Of a stretch of 64,000 nt of DNA, positions 58,459 to 64,000 are shown in pieces (the stretch's first letter is position 1; each line of letters starts with the position of its first letter). The stretch lies in assembly GCA_019828565.1 (NCBI GenBank), contig JAHDYR010000001.1, positions 1 through 64,000 on the forward strand. Reading direction: 5' to 3'. The DNA is from Carpediemonas membranifera BICM (taxonomy: Eukaryota > Protista > Fornicata). The position numbers were made by a program, and so were the translations under genes. The notes beneath the pieces are model-generated. The model had not been told where the DNA came from and made no database searches. It saw nothing but the letters and a program-made list of their open reading frames with translations.

Positions 58459-61098
58459 ATGAACTCGATCAAGCTTATCTCTAGGGATCTACTAAAGAAT
58501 CACGTTCCACTCGCTGTGATCAGCGACTCATTCCTCGACGCTGAGAGTATATACCCGCTCTATATGGACAAGAGGGCTCAGAAGCCCGAGTGGGTTATTG
58601 AGTTCATGGACATAAGTGATATGCAGATGTTTCTCTCCCGTGGCACAGAGATGCGTGTCTTTGAGACGACATTCGGCACATGGCGCTGTCACTTGAAATA
58701 CGAGCGTGCCACCGAAGCCGATATAGCCTCCCGCGCCATGAAAAAAACTGAACCAGAGGATGTTCCCGAAGGCTACAGCGAAGACGCGACGTTCAACCAC
58801 TGTGCGCTTGATTTCCTCCCCTCTTTCCGCCAGAACCTCCCCGTCCGCGGCCTATGCGTCGCCGGAGTGGGCCTGTACAGCGCCGAGTCCCCCATCATCA
58901 CGGAGCTCTCCATGGGCATCAGCATGCTCCCCAACCAGCATATTGACTTCACGAACTCGCTTTACGTCAGACCAGACGGCAAGCCTGAGGGTGCCTCACC
59001 GGGAGGCTACGACAAGCTCTACACCTACATATCCGGGCTCGGCCCAGACTCTACCGTCTCTGAACACCTCAGCGACCGCCTGATCTGCGACGACTCCGTC
59101 CTTGTCCCGAGCTATCCTAACAAGCAGACCACGTTCGACGAGTACATCCGCGCACAGTCAAAGGTGCTCACGGACAAGCAGCTCCGCGACTTCTTCCACT
59201 ACGACCCCGCCGCATCCGACGTGGCCGTGCTCGTGGACGGGTCGTGCGAGCAGCTCGAGCAGGCGTGGGAGAAGGCGAACGGACAACGACTGTGGTGCAT
59301 CAGCTGGAAGGTGGCCGCCATGCATATACTCGCAAGGAAGACCGTGCCCTATAAGACCGCGATCGATGCCGTTGATCTGGCCGACTCATGCCACAGTCGC
59401 CTCGCCCAGCTCATCAAGAAATGCCCCTCGCACGAATTCTTCGCGCCAGACACGCCCCGTGAAGAATGCGCGTTCGTGAAGAATCTCCTGGTCGACATTA
59501 AGCTCCGGCTGGCCCTCTACCCTTTCGACGCTGCCGTCCTCAGTCAGAACCCGACTTACTGGACCGCGGAGGGGCTGTCAGCCGGCCAGGTCGAGGAGGT
59601 GTTCAACGAAGCAAAATCCGCCAGGGCTCCGGTGATACTAGCGCCAGGGCCCGAGCCGACTCCCGAGCCCGAGCATGAACCTGAGTCGGAGTCCGAGCAT
59701 GAGAATGAAACTCCCGTCCCACCACCCCAGCCGCCCCAGCGCTCCCCGCCTCCCGTGGAGAAGCCCGCTCCCACCCCCGCCCCCGGACCGGTGTCGACCG
59801 CCTCTCTCATGGCATCCCAGGACGTCGGGTACGTTCACCCTGCCCGACTCGCGGCCTCTGCGTCTGCCTCAACACCGTCTGCTGTACAGAGGCCGACGCC
59901 CGCGCACACACCCGCCCCATACCGTGCAGTCGGCTACAGGACGGACAGTGAGTCGACCGCGCAGGTTAAGCTGACCGAGGAACTGGTCAACAGGACTCAG
60001 GACGTCACCACGCTCGTGTGCCGGGACTACCTTCTCGGACGATGCCGGGCAGCCGCGGACCAGTGCAAGCTGGTTCATATCGAGGTACCCGACTCCGTAT
60101 GCGGCCACTTTTTGGCGGGGGACTGCAAGTACGGCAACCGCTGCCGCAAGACCCACCCACACAACGCCGGGGCGGGGTCGAACCACCAGTATCTCAGGGA
60201 CCTGCTGATGAAGAAGGCGACTAGGGCATCGCACTCGACCAACTGGGCGAGCGCACAGAGCCAGAGCCAGCCCAGGCAGCAGACGCCCCAGCCCCAGTCG
60301 CAGCCCCAGGCACACTTTGGGTTCGTCCACCCGTCCCGCCTGCCGCCGGGGCCTACCCCCATGCCGAAGCAGCCCCCGCCACCCCCGCCCAGAGCCCCAG
60401 AGCCCAAGCCGCAACCCCAGCCTCAGCCTCAGCCACACTCGCAGTACGGTTTCGTCCATCCCTCGAGACTGGGCAAAACGGCGATAGGTACCAAGGGCGG
60501 CAAGGGTGCCCAGAGACAGGTCAAGCGGAGCGGTGCGGCAGGCTACTCTAACAGGCCGCACACCACCCCAGCACCCGCTCCCGCCCCGGAACCCGTGACT
60601 GAGGTCGTCAAGGAGGTGAAGGTCCCCATGTCCATGCAAGAGATGCAGTCAAAGGTCCTCTCCACCCCGGCAGCCAGAGGTGAGCTGGTGGACGCCATGC
60701 TTGCTGACCCGATCATGCAGCAGGAGCTCATGTCGAAGTTGAGTCAAAATTCGCAGTTTAAGGCTCAGCTGGAGCCAAAGGCGATCCAGCAAATGGGGCA
60801 GGAGCTTGAGGAAAAGTTCCGGGCGCAGTACAACCGCACGCTGTCTGAGCAGGACAAGACCACGCTTGATGTGTTCATCCGAATCGTCAACCTGGCCGGG
60901 CGCCGCTCAGCCAGTGATGCCATCCAGGGCAACGTCGACTTCTCGCTCACCCAATTGATTAACAGTAACGTGCTGAAGTTTACCGATGACAGGCTGGGTT
61001 ACTTTTTCAGTACCCGATTTACGTTGAGTGGCAGTAAGGTGAGTTTTACCCCCAGGCAAACAGGCAATGTGGCCCAGGTCCATAGAGGCGGGTTATGA
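58459..61098 (+). CDS. Probable Maelstrom-like (DEDD-fold, ECHC Zn site) protein with two CCCH zinc fingers and Pro/Gln-rich regions (~879 aa)
   Basis: ITEL...LYVRP...ISGL resembles the DEDD/MAEL core, and KCPSHE-x10-CA resembles the MAEL C-H-C motif. CCCH fingers CRDYLLGRCRAAADQCKLVH and CGHFLAGDCKYGNRCRKTH at 60019-60156. The CDS is secure; the MAEL call is moderate. Confidence 0.7.
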   Translation: MNSIKLISRDLLKNHVPLAVISDSFLDAESIYPLYMDKRAQKPEWVIEFMDISDMQMFLSRGTEMRVFETTFGTWRCHLKYERATEADIASRAMKKTEPEDVPEGYSEDATFNHCALDFLPSFRQNLPVRGLCVAGVGLYSAESPIITELSMGISMLPNQHIDFTNSLYVRPDGKPEGASPGGYDKLYTYISGLGPDSTVSEHLSDRLICDDSVLVPSYPNKQTTFDEYIRAQSKVLTDKQLRDFFHYDPAASDVAVLVDGSCEQLEQAWEKANGQRLWCISWKVAAMHILARKTVPYKTAIDAVDLADSCHSRLAQLIKKCPSHEFFAPDTPREECAFVKNLLVDIKLRLALYPFDAAVLSQNPTYWTAEGLSAGQVEEVFNEAKSARAPVILAPGPEPTPEPEHEPESESEHENETPVPPPQPPQRSPPPVEKPAPTPAPGPVSTASLMASQDVGYVHPARLAASASASTPSAVQRPTPAHTPAPYRAVGYRTDSESTAQVKLTEELVNRTQDVTTLVCRDYLLGRCRAAADQCKLVHIEVPDSVCGHFLAGDCKYGNRCRKTHPHNAGAGSNHQYLRDLLMKKATRASHSTNWASAQSQSQPRQQTPQPQSQPQAHFGFVHPSRLPPGPTPMPKQPPPPPPRAPEPKPQPQPQPQPHSQYGFVHPSRLGKTAIGTKGGKGAQRQVKRSGAAGYSNRPHTTPAPAPAPEPVTEVVKEVKVPMSMQEMQSKVLSTPAARGELVDAMLADPIMQQELMSKLSQNSQFKAQLEPKAIQQMGQELEEKFRAQYNRTLSEQDKTTLDVFIRIVNLAGRRSASDAIQGNVDFSLTQLINSNVLKFTDDRLGYFFSTRFTLSGSKVSFTPRQTGNVAQVHRGGL

Positions 61099-61146
61099 TA
61101 TTTATGTGATGTACATCAAGTTATATAAAGCTAGCCGTGTCTTGGG

Positions 61147-61608
61147 GTGCTGGTGCTGAAGATCATTAAAGAGATGGTGGTCGCGCTGGGTCAACTTTCG
61201 CAGACTCGCGCCCGGAACATTCGGCCTTGGGTCGTCTTCCTCAGTGGCGGGCTAGTGCTGTTCGCGGGCGACATCGGTGAGCACATCATCGAGGCCGGCC
61301 TGCTGCCTGCCTTCCACGACAGCGACACGTGCGCCGGCGACCCCGCTGCAGTTCGCGATCGACCTGAAGATGATATTCTGCGATCTGGACGATCTGGTCT
61401 TCGTCGACGAGGGCCAGACGCTCTGGACCACATTCCACCCTGACCTGCCCACGCGCATCAACCCTCGGGACACGGCAGGACGCTGGTTCGAGTTCGATCA
61501 GGCTGACGAGGAGGCGGGTTGGTGCCAGTCGGGCCCCACAAGGTCCGCGGCGAGCGGAGGGAGCTCGTCGAGGTGGACGTGGCCGGGGACGAATAAACTT
61601 GACAAACT
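61147..61608 (+). pseudogene. Plus-strand coding-like fragment with a frameshift, tail-to-tail with copy C
   Basis: ORFs 61147-61443 and 61277-61783 join at a C4 run (~61343) to read ...HDSDTCAGDP/LQFAIDLKMIFCDLDDLVFVDEGQTLW... Its 3' end (from 61498) is also duplicated at 45105. Confidence 0.4.
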
Positions 61609-63197
61609 CTACACAGCTCTCGCGTCAATGGTCCGGCTGCACCCGCGGCACGTGACCTGCCTCCGGTTCGCGCTGACTGTGGCCGACCGATGGCAGTGGG
61701 GGCACGTGACGGTGCGCTGCCTCGCGACGCCCTCGGGCAGGTCGACTATCTGGCGCGGCGCCATCTCGCACTGGCCGCCGTAGTGGGCCATGTGCTCTTC
61801 CTGGTTGGCCACGCGGAGCAGGCACTTGTGGCAGAAGTCCTGGCCGCACGGGCACTTCGACATCTTGCAGCTGTCCAGGTCGCCCTCGCGCGAGGTCAGC
61901 TCGCCGCACGTGGGGCAGCGGCGGATGACGGGGACGTCCACAGCGGCGCCTCTGCCGAGCGTGACCAGGCGGCACGTCTGCAGGATGTCGTTCTGCTCGA
62001 AGAGCGTCTTGATCTCGGCGCGCGAGTATGCCTGATGGCGCCGCGGGATGACGTAGAAGTCGGCTGCCGCGCCTGATGTGGCAGGGGCCGAGTCGAGCAC
62101 CGCCTGGCGCATCTGGCCGGCGTCCTCCAGACGAGAGAGGCGCCCGCGCAGTCGGCGTACACGCGGTGGTGGTCGTGGAGGGTCACGCCGACGGAGCCGG
62201 GCTGGGGGAACTGGCCGCCGAACACGTGGAAGGCGAAGCGGCGGCGCGTCTCGTCGTCCTCGAGCACGGCGCGGAGGGCGTCCTGCACGCCCTGGCTGTC
62301 CGCGGGGAAGCGCAGCGGGGCGAGCACGGCGTCGACCGTGAGCGGGTTGGGGCGCACGAGTAGGGCCCGCAGCTGGGCGGCCGTCAGCGCGAGGACCTTC
62401 TCGCTGAAGCGCGTCTTCGAGGGCGTCGGGCGTGAAGACCAGCGTGCCCTCGCGGAAGATGGGCACAGGTAACTCCATGCCTCCGACGGCCTGGCGGACG
62501 GCCACATGCGGCAGCTCGACGACCAGGTCGGGCAGGGCCTTCGCGGAGTCGTCGCCCGAGAGCGTCGCGGGGATGGCGAACAGGTCCTCCTCGCATGCGG
62601 CGATGCTGGCCAGGCTCGCCGAAACGTCGTCAGCGAGGGCGATGTCGACCGGGTCCTCGCGGAACATCTGCAGGCGCACGCGGTCGATGTCGTCGACGAA
62701 GGCGTGGGCGTTCGCGAACCTGCTGCTCGCCGCGTTGAGGTCGACCTCGGGGTCCAGCTCGTTGGCAGCGGCAGCGAAGAGGCCGTCGGCCAGGGCGCGG
62801 CGGACGGACCAGCGGGCCTCGGGGTGGGTGGCGAGCATGCCGGAGAGCACGTCGCGCAGGGCGTCGGGGACGGCAACAGTGGCGAGCAGGGCGGCGCAGA
62901 GAGTGTCGTCGTTGGCGGTCGAACTCTCGAGCAAGTCCTTGTTGCAGCTGAGAGAGGATGTCCCTGCAGAAATCCGTATAGTCCTTCGTCATCAGCGCCA
63001 GCATCGTCAGGCCCGCGTGGTAGACATCGGCTGCCTGCTGCTCGCGATGCTTCAGCTTCTTTCCGGCCTTGCGCGCGGCGATCTCCTCGGGCGCGCTGAA
63101 GGCGAGCGTGCCGATGTTGACTCCGGTCGCGGTCGCGTTCACGGCGTCCATGTTCGAGGCCGTCTCGAAGTCGACGAGCACGGGGTGACCCTCGCGC

Positions 63198-63228
<31 letters not shown>

Positions 63229-64000
63229 CGCAGAGCTTGCGATGGTGCTCGGTGTCGAGCTTGAAGGTCTTGGCGAAGAAGGTCTGGCCGTCGCGGGTCA
63301 CGATCTGGCACAGCGCTCTGTTCTCGCTGACGGTCGACTCGACAGCGAAGTCGGACAGCGACAGGTCGGCGCGCATCTCGGGGAGGTCCATGAGGTGGGC
63401 CAGCCCCATCTCGCGCAGCTCGGCAAAGAGGCTGGCCGACGGCGCGGTGAGGGCCTCCAGCTCGGGGCAGAGCCGGACGAGCTGCGGCGTGCGGCGGGAA
63501 AGAACATCCTTCATGTGTGCCAGCTTGACTTTGACGGAGTCTAGTTCCTTCTGCGCTTCGTCAAGCTTGCCGACGCCGTGTTTGCGTTTCCTGCTGAAGA
63601 AGTCGACATCCTCTTCGAGCTCCTCGGCCTTGCTCTTCAGGTCTGGTAGTCGCCCAGCGACCGGAGCTGCGCAGTGATGGCGTCGGCCTCGGCGAACCCA
63701 GCCAGGTGGACCTCAGCCTCGGCGGCCAGGCCAGTCAACTGGCGAATGGTGCGCTCCTCAGCGCTCGTGTCCTCGCCAAGCTCCTTCCGACTGAGGGCAC
63801 ACTGCCACGTCACGCGGACGGCCGGCTGGAGGAAGGCGCGGAGCGTGGCGTACCTGGCCTGCAGCTCGGGCGCGAGGGTGGGGAAGTCGACGACCTCGTT
63901 GTCAGCGGCCTCGAGCATGCGGGCCATCTCGTCGAGCGAGGGGAGAGACTCGAAGGCGGCGGCGCCGTCGACGATGGCCGAGGCCGCCTGGTAGGCAGCG
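61609..64000 (-). pseudogene. Copy C: kinase - HECT-like - Rcat - Zn ribbon gene with internal kinase deletion; continues past the window edge
   Basis: Near-identical to copy B including the 3' flank. It has a 219-bp in-frame deletion at 63222-63228 and a 2-bp deletion at ~62950, plus the shared frameshifts. Confidence 0.85.

Noticed and set aside
58299-58484. Possible upstream exon of the Maelstrom-like gene (GTAAGC at 58419 ... CTAG at 58484)
   Set aside because: Splicing these sites does not join the main reading frame. It cannot be supported without RNA-seq.

Overview
This is eukaryotic DNA from a compact, GC-rich, apparently intron-poor protist genome. The gene style suggests a metamonad/fornicate such as Carpediemonas, but that is inference only. 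Bases 1-31677 are one head-to-tail tandem array of a ~281-bp non-coding unit (~112 copies). It is noisy at the left, probably a low-coverage long-read contig end, and nearly homogeneous at the right. Each unit carries a 12-bp inverted repeat, many short palindromes and a non-canonical type-I hammerhead-like motif. The array edge is followed by a tRNA-Ile(GAT) gene and a 60-bp 93% AT tract. The rest is a dense gene block: TMEM94/ERMA-like P-type-ATPase homolog, minimal Mex67/NXF1 (NTF2-like + TAP-C), RCC1-like protein, coiled-coil protein, a 2694-aa type I surface protein, POP4/Rpp29, a small membrane protein and a probable Maelstrom-domain/CCCH protein. Interspersed are three near-identical, frameshifted copies of a GC-rich module: (WD40)-coiled coil-protein kinase-HECT-like-RBR Rcat-Zn ribbon. 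All domain calls come from motif recognition by eye; no searches were run.
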